Shown here: positions 43,589 through 54,900 of the stretch, one piece after another
How the letters are laid out: each line of letters starts with the position of its first letter
How positions within the stretch are numbered: the first letter of the stretch is position 1
DNA from: Candidatus Acidiferrum sp.
GTDB taxonomy: Bacteria; Acidobacteriota; Terriglobia; Acidiferrales; UBA7541
Length of the DNA stretch: 64,000 nt
Assembly: GCA_035652855.1 (NCBI GenBank)
Contig: DASRCZ010000008.1
Span: 14,911-78,910 of the forward strand
Reading direction: 5' to 3'
Position numbers and translations under genes: made by a program
The notes under the pieces: model-generated
The model's input: the letters and a program-made list of their open reading frames with translations, nothing else
Told to the model about the DNA's origin: nothing
Database searches by the model: none

Positions 43589-45520
43589 ATGTGCGGCATC
43601 GCAGGATTCGTAACGAATTCAGAACGAGATCGCGACCAAGCGACGCTGGCGCGGATGACGGGCCTTCTCCGCCACCGCGGCCCCGACGATAGCGGCCTGT
43701 GGACTGACGGAGTCGCCTTTCTCGGGCACCGCCGTCTGAGCATCGTCGACCTTGCCGCCGGACATCAACCCATGTCCAACGAAGACGGCAATCTTCAGAT
43801 CATCTTTAACGGCGAAATCTTCAATCACGAGTCCATTCGCCGCGAACTGGAGCGCGCCGGACATATATATAGGTCGCGCTCCGACACGGAAACCATCCTC
43901 CACGCCTACGAACAGTACGACGCTGATTGCGTGCGGCGCTTTCGCGGCATGTTCGCTTTCGCCATCTGGGACCAGCGGCGCCGCCGTCTGTTTTGCGCCC
44001 GCGACCGCCTCGGCATCAAGCCCCTGTATTATTTTTGGGACGGCCGGCTGTTCGCATTTGCTTCCGAGATCAAGGCGCTTCTCGAACACCCCTCGATTTC
44101 GACCCGCTTCGACGAATCGATCCTGCCCGAATATCTCGCCTTCGGCTACATCAGCGATGAGCGCACGTTCTTCGGCGGCATTAGAAAACTCATGCCCGGA
44201 CACGTCCTCGAACTGGACGCTTCCGGCGAGTCATTGAAACTCGATATTCGCCAGTACTGGGACGTCCCCGCGCCCACCAGACAGGACCGCGACGACGAAA
44301 GCTGGGTGCGCGAGTGCCGCGCGCGCCTGGAGGAAACCGTCCGCATGCGCCTGATGAGTGATGTTCCGCTGGGCGCATTTTTAAGCGGCGGCGTCGATTC
44401 GAGCGCTATTGTCGCCCTGATGAAGCGCATGGTTTCCGGCCGGGTGGTCACGTTTTCGGTCGGCTACGCCGAGGACGAGTTCAGCGAGCTCGATTATGCG
44501 CGCCAGGTCGCCCGCGCGCTGGATACCGAACATCGCGAAGTCGTGATCTCCTGTGAGGATTTCTTCGGCGCTCTGCCCAAGCTAGTCTGGCATGAAGACG
44601 AACCGATCGTGTGGCCCTCGAGCGTGTCGCTGTATTTCGTCGCAAAACTCTCGGCCGAACACGTCAAGGTCGTTCTCACGGGGGAGGGAAGTGACGAGCT
44701 CTTCGGCGGCTATTCCCGGTATCGCTTCTACACGCTCAACGAGAAATGGCTGGGGTGGTATCGCTTGGCGCCCGCATTGGCGCGGCGCGGCATCCGGAGC
44801 TGGATCGCGTCTTCGCCTCTGCTGAATGCAACGCTGCGCCGCAAGCTGCAGCACACATTTCTCGGGCAGGCCGAAGACCTCGAGTCTCTGTATCTCGATA
44901 ATTTCTACTCAGCGTTCGGCGCCGCGGCGCAGAGCCGGCTGCTGCGGAATCCGGACCCGGCCGCCATTTACGCCAACTATCGCCGCTACTGGACAGCGCG
45001 GGACGGCGCGTCGCCGCTAACGCAACTGCTTTACGCGGATCAGAAAACCTACCTCGTCGAACTCCTGATGAAACAGGACCAGATGAGCATGGCCTGCTCC
45101 ATCGAGAGCCGCGTGCCTCTGCTCGATCATCCGCTGGTGGAATTCGCCGCGCAGGCGCCGGATCGCATGAAGGTCCGCAACGGCGTCGGGAAATATATGT
45201 TCAAGCGCGCCGTCGAGGATCTGCTGCCGCCCGACATCATTCATCGCAAGAAAATGGGATTCCCGACGCCGCTCCGACAGTGGCTCTCAGGACCAGGGGC
45301 TCCGGAGCGCTACGCCTCCCTGCGTGCGCCGGATTCTTTCATCTCGGAATTCGTGGACCGCGCTGAGCTGAACGCGATCCTCGACCGGCACGAGCGTGGG
45401 GTCGAAGACGCTACCGATAGGATCTGGCGTCTTCTGAATTTCGAGACCTGGGGCGAGATTTTCATTGCCGGCAACCACGCGGTTCCTGAGCAGTCCGCGG
45501 AGGTCCGGTCTCCCGCGTGA
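43589..45520 (+). CDS. asnB: Asparagine synthase (glutamine-hydrolysing) family amidotransferase, probably a polysaccharide amidotransferase
   Basis: MCGIAG, HRGPD, HRRLSIVD, FNGEIFN, LSGGVDSS, TGEGSDELFGGY, SIESRVP, KKMGF. Confidence 0.93.
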   Translation: MCGIAGFVTNSERDRDQATLARMTGLLRHRGPDDSGLWTDGVAFLGHRRLSIVDLAAGHQPMSNEDGNLQIIFNGEIFNHESIRRELERAGHIYRSRSDTETILHAYEQYDADCVRRFRGMFAFAIWDQRRRRLFCARDRLGIKPLYYFWDGRLFAFASEIKALLEHPSISTRFDESILPEYLAFGYISDERTFFGGIRKLMPGHVLELDASGESLKLDIRQYWDVPAPTRQDRDDESWVRECRARLEETVRMRLMSDVPLGAFLSGGVDSSAIVALMKRMVSGRVVTFSVGYAEDEFSELDYARQVARALDTEHREVVISCEDFFGALPKLVWHEDEPIVWPSSVSLYFVAKLSAEHVKVVLTGEGSDELFGGYSRYRFYTLNEKWLGWYRLAPALARRGIRSWIASSPLLNATLRRKLQHTFLGQAEDLESLYLDNFYSAFGAAAQSRLLRNPDPAAIYANYRRYWTARDGASPLTQLLYADQKTYLVELLMKQDQMSMACSIESRVPLLDHPLVEFAAQAPDRMKVRNGVGKYMFKRAVEDLLPPDIIHRKKMGFPTPLRQWLSGPGAPERYASLRAPDSFISEFVDRAELNAILDRHERGVEDATDRIWRLLNFETWGEIFIAGNHAVPEQSAEVRSPA

Positions 45521-46713
45521 AGATTCTTTGGGTCAAGAGCGATTTCCTGCACCCCACGACCAAAGGCGGCCAGATCCGCACGCTGGAGATGCTGCGCCAG
45601 TTGCATCGCCGCCACGAAATCCACTATGTCGCCTTCGATGATGGAAACCGCGAGGGCGTCGAGCGCAGCCGTGAATATTCGAAGCGCGCCTATCCAATCC
45701 CGTTTCGCGCGGTATCGAAACGGTCGCCGCGCTTTGCCGCACAACTTGGAGCAGGGCTGTTTTCCCGCTTGCCGATTGCGATTCAGCGGTATCGCTCAAC
45801 CGCCATGGAACATGCGATTGCCGCACTTCAGGCCCGCGAATCGTTCGACGCGATGGTGTGCGACTTTCTGACGCCGTCCATCAATATCCACAACATCGAA
45901 CGCTTCACGCTGTTCCAACACAACGTTGAGACTATGATCTGGCGGCGCCACGCCGAACACGCCCGCGACCCGCTGCGCCGGGCGTATATGCGGCTCCAGG
46001 CTGATCGGATGTTTCGATACGAGCGCGATGTTTGCCGGCGCGCCGCGCAGGTGATCGCCGTCTCGCCGGTGGATCGCGACGTGATGCGGGAGTTATTCGG
46101 CCTGGAACGGGTCCGCGATGTCGCCACCGGTGTTGATATCGAATATTTCCAACCACCTCCGTCGCCGCCCCGCCTCTCCGACCTGGTTTTTATAGGCTCC
46201 ATGGACTGGATGCCCAACATCCATGCCGTCCAGGAGTTCGTTTCGCAAATTCTGCCCCTGATCCGCCGCCGGCGGCCGGACTGCTCGGTCGCGATTGTGG
46301 GCCGGGATCCGACGCCCGAAATCAGAGCGCTGGCCGAGAGCGACCCGAACATCCGGGTCACTGGCACCGTGCCGGATGTGCGCCCATATCTGTGGGGCGC
46401 TGGGGTGTCCATCGTTCCCATTTACATCGGCGGTGGAACGCGCCTGAAGATCTATGAATCGATGGCGGCCAAGGTCCCGGTGGTTTCGACATCTGTCGGA
46501 GCTGAGGGCTTGACGATCGACCCTCCCCGGAATATCCGGATCGCGGATGAACCCCGGGCGTTTGCGGACGCCTGCCTGGAATTGCTTGAAAATGAAGCGG
46601 AACGGGAACGTATGCGCGTCGAAGCGTGGCGCATGGTCGCATCGAAGTTCTCGTGGGAGAAAATCGCCTCGGATTTCGCCGAAGCGCTCGACAGCCAGCG
46701 CGCGGTCGCATGA
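45517..46713 (+). CDS. GT4 glycosyltransferase, PEP-CTERM-locus sugar-transferase type
   Basis: GGQIR, HNVE, FIGSMDWMPN, GGTRLKIYE, STSVGAEG. Confidence 0.9.
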   Translation: MKILWVKSDFLHPTTKGGQIRTLEMLRQLHRRHEIHYVAFDDGNREGVERSREYSKRAYPIPFRAVSKRSPRFAAQLGAGLFSRLPIAIQRYRSTAMEHAIAALQARESFDAMVCDFLTPSINIHNIERFTLFQHNVETMIWRRHAEHARDPLRRAYMRLQADRMFRYERDVCRRAAQVIAVSPVDRDVMRELFGLERVRDVATGVDIEYFQPPPSPPRLSDLVFIGSMDWMPNIHAVQEFVSQILPLIRRRRPDCSVAIVGRDPTPEIRALAESDPNIRVTGTVPDVRPYLWGAGVSIVPIYIGGGTRLKIYESMAAKVPVVSTSVGAEGLTIDPPRNIRIADEPRAFADACLELLENEAERERMRVEAWRMVASKFSWEKIASDFAEALDSQRAVA

Positions 46714-47663
46714 CGTCTTCGAAATGGCTCATCATTGGCAAGTGCATTGCCGCGAATATCCGGACTCAAGCGCGCTATCTGGCCGGTAATTCGCGCTCCT
46801 CGATTGGCGCTTCCCACAGCGCTTTCTCCCTGGAGCAGAGCATCGCCTATATTAATCGCGTTTTTACTGATTACCTGCGCTATGGCGGGCTGACCGCGGC
46901 CGATCTCGCCGGCAAGCGCATTCTGGAGGTCGGGCCAGGCGACAACCTGGGCGTGGCCATGCGGTTCATACACGCGGGCGCGGCTGAGGTGGTTGCGCTC
47001 GACCGGTTCGTCACTGCCCAGGATCCTGCAAAGAACAACCTTATTTATCGCGCCCTCGGCGAATCCTTGGGCGTGGGGGAATTTCCCGCAGACCGGATCC
47101 GGCCGGTATATAGCGTCGCCATCGAACGCGCCGACGGGCATTTCGCCCCGGAGTCGTTTGATTTAATCGTTTCGCGAGCCGTCCTTGAAGAGGTGTATGA
47201 GATTGACCGGGCGTTTTCGGCCATGGACCGACTGCTGCGACCGGGCGGCGGGCTGATTCATAAGATCGACCTGACCGATTATGGCCTGTTCAGCCGTAAA
47301 GGCTTCCATCCGCTCGAATTCCTGACCATTCCGAAGGCCGTGTATACATCGATGTCCCGGTACTCAGCCATCCCGCATCGTCACAGGATTAATTACTATC
47401 GCGACAAAATGCGCGCGCTGGGATATGACGCCAGGTTGTTCATTACTCGGGTCGCGGGCTGCGCGGATGAGCTTGACCCGCACAAGACTGCGATTCGGCC
47501 GGGCGTCGATTACGGTCCTGTACAAATCGAACTCATCCAGGCCATCAGGCCGCGGCTTGCGCCGCCCTTCCGCAACCTTTCCGATGAGGATCTGCTCGCT
47601 GCCGGGCTATTCCTGGCGGCGCGCAAGCCTATTGCTTCAGCATCGCTCCACCGCCGAGAATAA
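46710..47663 (+). CDS. Class I SAM-dependent methyltransferase (start re-called to 46710, ATGA overlap)
   Basis: ILEVGPG, FDLIVSRAVLEE, LLRPGG..HKIDL. Confidence 0.82.
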   Translation: MTSSKWLIIGKCIAANIRTQARYLAGNSRSSIGASHSAFSLEQSIAYINRVFTDYLRYGGLTAADLAGKRILEVGPGDNLGVAMRFIHAGAAEVVALDRFVTAQDPAKNNLIYRALGESLGVGEFPADRIRPVYSVAIERADGHFAPESFDLIVSRAVLEEVYEIDRAFSAMDRLLRPGGGLIHKIDLTDYGLFSRKGFHPLEFLTIPKAVYTSMSRYSAIPHRHRINYYRDKMRALGYDARLFITRVAGCADELDPHKTAIRPGVDYGPVQIELIQAIRPRLAPPFRNLSDEDLLAAGLFLAARKPIASASLHRRE

Positions 47664-47667
47664 TTGC

Positions 47668-47892
47668 GTGGACCACGCCCAATTCCTTGCCGAGTTTCAG
47701 AAAATCCTGGAGAATCCCGTTGATGGACTCAAGGGATCAGAACGGCTGGAGGACATCGGATGGGACTCGCTTGCGCTGATGTCTTTTATCGCCATGGTGG
47801 ATGAGCAGCTCGGCCGCGAACTGTCGCCGCGCGATGTCAGCCGCTGCGAGACCGTCGACGATCTCTATCAGCTGGCCACCAACGGGGCGTAA
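47668..47892 (+). CDS. Acyl carrier protein
   Basis: 74 aa, acidic, GWDSL phosphopantetheine motif, TVDDL; GTG start. Confidence 0.85.
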   Translation: MDHAQFLAEFQKILENPVDGLKGSERLEDIGWDSLALMSFIAMVDEQLGRELSPRDVSRCETVDDLYQLATNGA

Positions 47893-47898
47893 CCCCGC

Positions 47899-48915
47899 AT
47901 GAAAGCAGCGATCCGAGCGATCGAATATTATCTGCCGGAGAAGGCCGTGACCACGGAGCAGTTGTCGGCCGAATTCCCCGAGTGGTCCGTGCAGAAGATC
48001 GATGAAAAGACCGGGATCCAGGCGCGTCACATCGCGGGCGAGGATGAGTGCTCGTCCGACCTAGCGGTTGCCGCAGCGCAGAAGCTGTTCGCATCCGGCG
48101 TCTGCGCGGCCCATGACATCGATTACGTTCTTCTGTGTACGCAGAGTCCTGATTATTTTCTGCCCACGACAGCGTGTCTGATCCAGGACCGGCTGGGCAT
48201 ACCCACTTCGGCCGGCGCGCTCGATTTCAACCTGGGTTGTTCAGGGTTCGTCTACGGGCTGGGCTTAGCGCAGGGGCTGATTGAATCCGGTCAAGCGGCG
48301 AACGTTTTACTGCTGACCGCGGAGACGTACAGCAAGTTCATTCACCCGCGCGATCGCAGCGTGCGGACGATCTTTGGCGATGCGGCTGCGGCGACGCTCG
48401 TGTCCGCGGTCGAAGCCGACGCTCCGCTCATTGGCCCCTTCGTGTTCGGGACCGATGGCCGCGGCGCGAACAATCTGATTGTGCCGACCGGAGGCCTGCG
48501 CCGGGCGCGCACCGCGGAGACGGCCCGCGAAATCACGGACGACAGCGGGAGCGTGCGCACGCAAGACCATCTGTTCATGGACGGGGCAGAGATTTTCAAT
48601 TTCACGCTGAAGGCCGTGCCCCAGAGCGTGTGCCAGTTGCTTGAGCGCAGCCGCAAGACGCTGGAAGAAATCGACCTGTTCGTATTCCACCAGGCCAATC
48701 GCTACATGCTGGAGCACCTGCGCAGGAAAATCAAAGTCCCGCAGGACAAATTCTGCGTGGCGATGAGCCATTGCGGAAACACGGTATCATCCACCATCCC
48801 GATCGCGCTCAAACACGCGCAGCTCGAAGGCCGGTTAAAACCCGGCGATTTGACGATGCTGGTCGGCTTCGGCGTGGGCTATTCGTGGGCGGCCGGTCTG
48901 GCTCGGTGGGTGTAG
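47899..48915 (+). CDS. fabH: 3-oxoacyl-ACP synthase III (FabH family)
   Basis: LGCSG, FGDAAAA, FHQAN, GNTVS, GFGVG (Cys-His-Asn triad). Confidence 0.92.
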   Translation: MKAAIRAIEYYLPEKAVTTEQLSAEFPEWSVQKIDEKTGIQARHIAGEDECSSDLAVAAAQKLFASGVCAAHDIDYVLLCTQSPDYFLPTTACLIQDRLGIPTSAGALDFNLGCSGFVYGLGLAQGLIESGQAANVLLLTAETYSKFIHPRDRSVRTIFGDAAAATLVSAVEADAPLIGPFVFGTDGRGANNLIVPTGGLRRARTAETAREITDDSGSVRTQDHLFMDGAEIFNFTLKAVPQSVCQLLERSRKTLEEIDLFVFHQANRYMLEHLRRKIKVPQDKFCVAMSHCGNTVSSTIPIALKHAQLEGRLKPGDLTMLVGFGVGYSWAAGLARWV

Positions 48916-49006
48916 ACGTTCCCGGAGGCGTCGCCGACCTAGCTCGCGGGTGATATACGATTGGGCTTCTACCTGGCCAATTGAGAAACACTGGTAGAAG
49001 GCACAG

Positions 49007-49264
49007 ATGACGGTGATGGAGATGCTCGACGCGCTCGAGGCTGAAGTGGCGCGGCTACGCGCGGAGCGCGCGAGACTGGCGGCGGCTCTTGAGGCGGCGC
49101 AGGAGCAGCTCCGGTCGCTGCTCAATGAGTCGCCCGGGGCGAAAAGCGTGCGCGCTAAAGCGGCACAATCGCCGGATGAGAAACCGCGGCCGCGCCGGAC
49201 GCGCCGGGCCCTCGGCAAGACGCTGGCGCAGCTCCGGACGGCGGCGCGGCGTGAAATCACCTGA
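49007..49264 (+). CDS. Small coiled-coil protein with basic C-terminus
   Basis: Heptad N-terminus LDALEAEVARLRAE..; K/R-rich tail; GAAGG RBS; fills the intergenic gap. Confidence 0.6.
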   Translation: MTVMEMLDALEAEVARLRAERARLAAALEAAQEQLRSLLNESPGAKSVRAKAAQSPDEKPRPRRTRRALGKTLAQLRTAARREIT

Positions 49265-49305
49265 GCCGCCAGCCGTTTAGACTAGAGGCTTAGGACCCGC
49301 CTTCG

Positions 49306-50316
49306 ATGTCCTCCACGTCTCCCGTTGCCGCAGTCAAAACCGCCGGCGCCCAGTCTCAGACAGCGCGGCTGCACCCCGTGTACTGGCTGGCATCGCTGCT
49401 GATCGCCGCTGTCCTGCTCTTTTATTCCCTTCGCGGCATCGCCTGGGCGCGGGTTGGCGAGATCTTCCGGACGGCGCGGCTGCCGTGGATGGCGGCGGCC
49501 TGCGGAATGTGCGCGCTGGCGATGTTTCTGCGCGCGATGCGATGGCGGATATTGCTCACGGCTGAAGGCGTGGCGCCGCTTCGCACGGTGTTCTGGGCGA
49601 CTGCGGCGGGCTATTTCGGGAACAACTTCCTGCCCGCGCGCGGCGGTGAGCTTGTACGCGTGTTTATGGTCAGCGCGCGGTCCACGCTGAGCAAAACCTA
49701 CGTTCTGACCACGGCGCTCTCAGAAAGAGCGGCGGATGCGATTGCGCTGGCGCTCATCAGCGCGTGCGTTCTACTGACCTTGGAAGTGAAGCCCGGCTGG
49801 TTTGGCCCCGCGGCGCGCCCGTTCGCGATCCTGGCCCTGTGCGGCGTTGTTTCGATGGCGCTGCTGCCCCGCTTCGAGCGGCTATGCGTTGCCGTGTTCC
49901 GCAAGCTGCCGTGCTCGGAAGGGTTGCGGAGCAAGCTTGAGCACATTGTGCAGCAGGCGCTGTTGGGAATCCGGAGCTTTCATGACAGCGGTCGCCTTTT
50001 GCGATTTCTGGTGATGACGGCCGTCATATGGTTCTGCGACGGCGTTTTTACCATCCTGGGCGCGAAAGCGATCGGACTGTCGCTGAGCCTGCCGACGGCT
50101 TTTCTGTTGATCGCGGGATTGGGACTGGGCAGCGCGCTGCCATCGACACCCGGATATGTCGGGATTTATCAGTTCGTCGCAGTCAGCGTGCTGGTTCCTT
50201 TCGGATTCAGCCGGACGGACGCGGTCGCCTATATTCTGCTGGCGCAGGCGCTGCAATATGTAGTCATCACAGGGCTGGGCCTGATCGGGTTCTGGCAATA
50301 TCGCAGGATCCGGTAG
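49306..50316 (+). CDS. Lysylphosphatidylglycerol-synthase TM region (UPF0104, flippase-like) protein
   Basis: RAMRWRILL, NNFLPARGGELVR, ERAAD, LPSTPGYVG. Confidence 0.85.
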   Translation: MSSTSPVAAVKTAGAQSQTARLHPVYWLASLLIAAVLLFYSLRGIAWARVGEIFRTARLPWMAAACGMCALAMFLRAMRWRILLTAEGVAPLRTVFWATAAGYFGNNFLPARGGELVRVFMVSARSTLSKTYVLTTALSERAADAIALALISACVLLTLEVKPGWFGPAARPFAILALCGVVSMALLPRFERLCVAVFRKLPCSEGLRSKLEHIVQQALLGIRSFHDSGRLLRFLVMTAVIWFCDGVFTILGAKAIGLSLSLPTAFLLIAGLGLGSALPSTPGYVGIYQFVAVSVLVPFGFSRTDAVAYILLAQALQYVVITGLGLIGFWQYRRIR

Positions 50317-50328
50317 CAATGCGCCGGA

Positions 50329-51084
50329 TCACTCCGGCGCGGCTGCGGTCTTGCTCGCGATCGCGAACTGGCCTTGGTAGGCGTCGAGCACAGGGCGGAT
50401 TTCCCCATACATCACGACCTCGCCGCGGTCGAGCCACAGGGCCCGGTCGCACAACTCGGTCAGGATGGCGGTCGAATGCGAAACGGCGATGATGGTCTTG
50501 CCGCGATGCCGGAACTGGCGGATCTTGTCGAAACACTTCGCCTGGAATTCCTGGTCGCCGACCGCAATGACTTCATCGATCACAAGGATGTCCGGATCGA
50601 GATTTACGGCCACGGAAAAGGCCAGGCGGAGGATCATGCCGCTTGAATACGTACGCAGCGGCTCGTCGATGAAGTCGCCGATGCCGGCGAAATCGACGAT
50701 GCCGGCAAAGAGCTGATTGGTCTGCTTTCGGGTGAATCCCAGGAGGGCGGCGTTGAGGCGGACGTTTTCGGCGCCGGTGAGATCGGGATGGAAGCCGGAA
50801 CCGAGTTCGAGCAGCGCGGCGGCCCGCCCGTTGATCTGGATGGAGCCGTAATCGGGCCGGGCGAGTCCGGTGATGATGCTCAGCAGCGTGCTTTTGCCCG
50901 CGCCATTGCGGCCCACGATAGCCAGACTTTCGCCGGAATCGACATGGAAGGAGATGTTTCTGAGCGCGTAGAACCAGTCCGATTCGCGCGAGCGGAAGAA
51001 TGCGGCGATATGGCTGCGCAGGAGCCGCTGGCCGCTGTGATGGTGGAAGCGCTTGAACACGCTCCGGCAATCGATTCGCCGCAT
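50329..51084 (-). CDS. wzt: Polysaccharide ABC transporter ATPase without C-terminal carbohydrate-binding domain
   Basis: GRNGAGKST, LELGSGF, YSSGM, IDEVIAVGD, VSH; start re-called to 51084. Confidence 0.92.
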   Translation of the reverse strand: MRRIDCRSVFKRFHHHSGQRLLRSHIAAFFRSRESDWFYALRNISFHVDSGESLAIVGRNGAGKSTLLSIITGLARPDYGSIQINGRAAALLELGSGFHPDLTGAENVRLNAALLGFTRKQTNQLFAGIVDFAGIGDFIDEPLRTYSSGMILRLAFSVAVNLDPDILVIDEVIAVGDQEFQAKCFDKIRQFRHRGKTIIAVSHSTAILTELCDRALWLDRGEVVMYGEIRPVLDAYQGQFAIASKTAAAPE

Positions 51085-51085
51085 A

Positions 51086-51850
51086 TCAGAGGTGGTCGTA
51101 GACGCGCCGCTTGAGTCGTTCAAAAATCAGAATGCCGGCGGTCAGCATCATGAACGCCACCAGCGTCATCTTGACGACCACGCTCATGGGCGGCGCTTTC
51201 GCTTCAATCAGAATGCGTCTCAGCGCAAGCACCAGCGCCGCAACCGGGTTGAACTGATACACCTCCTTGAACTGAGCGGGAATGATCGCGAAATCATAGA
51301 AGATCGGCACCAGCCAGAACAACACGGTATTGGCCGATTCAACGACGTATCGCATGTCGCGAATATAGACGTTCAGGGCGGCGAAAATCAGCGCAAGACC
51401 GCACACAAAGATAATTTCCAGAGTCCACAGAACCGGCATCCAGGCCCAATAGACGTTGACCTTCAGACCGAACAGCAGGGTCATGCCGAGCAGGAGTCCG
51501 ATTTGAATGAACAGATGTACGCAATTTGACAGGACGCTGGTAACCGGCACGATTTCGCGCGGCACCGGTACGCGTTTGATCAGGCCGGCGTTGTCGGTCA
51601 GCGAGCACGTCCCGGAGATCCAGGCGATGCTGAAGAAATTGAACGGGACCAGCCCGCACATGACGAAGACCGGGAATTTTGGAATGTTGTTGGGGAAGAT
51701 TTTGGTGAAGATAAATGTCAGCACGCCCATCATCACCAGAGGATTCAGCACCGACCACAACACGCCGAGAGACATGTTGCGGTAGCGGATGCGGAAGTCC
51801 TTTAGGACGAGATTGCCGATCAGGAAGGGATAATCGCCTTGCCACGTCAT
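51086..51850 (-). CDS. wzm: Polysaccharide ABC transporter permease
   Basis: [32 protein letters not shown]. Confidence 0.92.
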   Translation of the reverse strand: MTWQGDYPFLIGNLVLKDFRIRYRNMSLGVLWSVLNPLVMMGVLTFIFTKIFPNNIPKFPVFVMCGLVPFNFFSIAWISGTCSLTDNAGLIKRVPVPREIVPVTSVLSNCVHLFIQIGLLLGMTLLFGLKVNVYWAWMPVLWTLEIIFVCGLALIFAALNVYIRDMRYVVESANTVLFWLVPIFYDFAIIPAQFKEVYQFNPVAALVLALRRILIEAKAPPMSVVVKMTLVAFMMLTAGILIFERLKRRVYDHL

Positions 51851-51913
51851 GCGAACTGTTCGCCGGAAATCTCAGGCTAGCATGGGCGGGTAATGCCGCC
51901 GTCATATCATTGC

Positions 51914-54900
51914 TCATCCCCAGTTCAGCGAAAAATCCTCTTTTCTCCGCGTCAGGTTGGGGTTGTAGAAGGGGTCCGAGGAAATGATGTGCGCCCAGCG
52001 TGATTTCAACCCCGTGATCTCCGCCGGTTGTGGATCAAGATCTTTGTCCGATTTCGACGCCGCCTCGTGATGATACAGCAGCGCGTGTGGATTGTATATG
52101 ATGCGGTATCCGGCGTCCATAATCTTCAGACACAAATCGATATCGTTGTAGGCGACCGGAAAAAGCGTCTCATCGAATCCGCCGACCTTCCGGAACACCT
52201 CCGATCGGGTGATCAAGCATGCTCCGGTTACGGCGGATACATTGCGAACAACATCCGGAAAGTCGAAATAATGCCGCTGATCGCCGCGCAATCCTTTAAA
52301 GGAGTGCCCGCACTGGCCAGCGAGGCCCAGCGTGACGCCCGCGTGCTGAATGCGGCCGTCCGGATACAGCAACTTCGCGCCGACGGCTCCGACCTCGGGC
52401 CGGACTGCGTGCTCCACGAGGGCCGTCAGCCAGTCCGGAGCAATCACCTCCGTATCATCGTTCAAAAAGAGCAGGAGCGGACTGGCGACGTCCCGGACCG
52501 CGGCGTTATTCAGACGCGAAAAGTTGAACGGCTGGCCCCGCATATCAACGCAGCGAACCGGCGAGCCCTTTTGTCGCAAGCGCCGGATGTATTCAGAAAT
52601 GACGTCGCCTTTGCTGTTGTCAATAACAACAACGTCGTAATCGGAGTATGTAGTCCGTTCCAATAAACTCTTCAGGTTGCGCCGCAGCACGTCGAGATTA
52701 CCGCCGCTTGGGATGATGATGCTGACGTGGCTGCCTGGGGGCACAGGATACCGTACGCGCCATCTGCCAGGGTGGATGCCCTCTTCCACGCGAGCTCCTT
52801 GGGCCGTTTGGGCCAGGTAGCTCTCTACTGCACGGCGCGATGAGGCAAAGGCCGCCTGTTCACGGGAAGATGCGCGCTGCATGGATTCCAGGTTCGTGCG
52901 CCAGTGATATAAGATTCGCGGGACATGGAAAATACGGCGGGCTTTGGCGCTCATGCGGAGCAGCAGATCGTGATCCTGGCTCAGATCCATTTCGCTGCGG
53001 AATCCGCCGACCGCCTCGGCAAGACCGCGCTCGAATACCATGAAATGGCAGACGTAATTTTCGGACAGAATCAGATCGGGCGACCAGTCGGGCTTGAAGA
53101 ACGGGTCAAATCGCCGGCCAACCTCATCCATGTGATCTTCATCCGAGTAGAGGAGATCCGGTCGCGGGGTCTGCTGAAGAGCCTCCACCATATGAAACAG
53201 GGCGTCCGGCGCCAGCATGTCATCGTGATCAAGCAGGCCAATATACTCGCCTTTGGCCATGGCCAGCCCCCGGTTTGACGCCGCCGAGATTCCGCCCGAC
53301 TCGGGCATGGTTGCAAACTCGATCCGCGCATCCTGCGTTGAATACGCTTCGAGGAGGCCTGTCAACTCCGCAGATTGCGACCCGTCATCGACGAGGCACA
53401 ACTGCCATTTCGGATAGCTTTGGGCCAGAACCGATTCGATTGCGGCTTTCAGCACCGGCGCGGCAGTCCGGTAAACCGGCGCTATCACCGATATTAACGG
53501 CTGGTAGACGAACGCAGACAGCTTCAATTCGATGAGCACCGGATCACGCCGCTCGAACTGGTGCAGCCATCTGTCATACTCGCTGGCGAAACCGTGCTCA
53601 TGATCAACCAGCACCGGGATGCGTTTTTCTGCGGTTTCTCCCGATTTCGCGTGCGCACGTATTGTCAATACGTGCAGGCCGTTCGACAGCCGGCGGGTAT
53701 CGAGTTTGGCCGCAAAGCCCGCTTCAGCCGCCCCCTTGATATGGGGGAACAGAGGCGGCAGATCGGGCCGCGGCAATCCGTACCGGGCGGGAAACGATAT
53801 CTCTGAACCGGCCTCGATATCCACGTGAGTGATACCCCGTTCCGCAAGGGCCCACCCGCGGATCTCGATGGTTCCGCTTATTCCGTGTTTCGGTTCGGGC
53901 GGGGGCATATCGCAATGGATACGAACGCCGATGTTGTCTCGAACCGCGCGCCTGGCGACAGCCTTCCAGGGCGCAATGGCCCTCTGTAGCCGCAGCACGG
54001 CGCCTCCACCGGCCTGGAGGGTTCGCCAGATCCGGCTGTTCAGCAGGTTGTCAACTTGCGCGGCGATATGGCGCTGATCCTGCTCAAGCCGCGCCACTTC
54101 GGCTTCCAGCCCATTTCCGGTTCCGGATTCGCGTTCTGCAAGCTGCAGCAGACGCGACTGAACGGTGTGTAACGCGGCCTGTACGGAGGCAAGCGTCATC
54201 TCGGCGGAGTGCATCCATGTCTTTACTGCCGCCGCCTCAGACTGCGCGTCAGCGAGCGCGCGCACTTCGGCTTTAACAGCGTCAAGGTCGCCTTGGAGCG
54301 CGTGGACCGTTTCGGCCAAATCAACGCCGGCTTGTTGGACGACGGACGAACAACCGCGCCGCTCTGCCAGCGCAGCAGGCTCGCGGCGCGGATGCGATCT
54401 TGCGCTGAGAACGCGCGCAAAAAACACCAGCGCGTCTTCGGGCGGCCGCTCCTTGCGGCGGCGAAGCAACATCGCCCAAGGCGTCAGAAACTGAGCGTCG
54501 AACAGCATGTCCGGATAGAATCCGCGTTCTGCAAACAAATGGATCCATCCCAGAACAGGACGCACATTCTGATGCGTGGCTTCATTCAGGTCGACGGGGG
54601 TTGATGAAAACAGAATGGCGTCGGACGCCTCGCACAGGCGGTTTATGGCCGCTTCTGCTTCAGCCGGCGACATATGTTCGAGGACTTCAATACATGTGAT
54701 GAGATCAAACGATCCGCCGGGTAAGCCTTCGGCGATCGAACCCACGACACAATAGGGGCGAATATCGGGACGGGCATGCGAGACTGCAAAAGACGATATG
54801 TCAATCCCCCAGGCTTCGACGCCGCGGTCCCATAACGCCTCGACCAAAAAGCCCATGGCGCAGCCCGCGTCAAGGACGCGCCTCGGCTGCAGCAGACGAA

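Noticed and set aside
43589-45520. AsnB as a lasso-peptide cyclase
   Set aside because: It has an intact N-terminal Cys glutaminase domain; no B1/B2 genes or convincing precursor were seen; the context is glycosyltransferases.
47668-48915. ACP + KAS III as a PKS/secondary-metabolite cluster
   Set aside because: No elongating KS, AT, KR or NRPS genes; embedded in a glycan operon.
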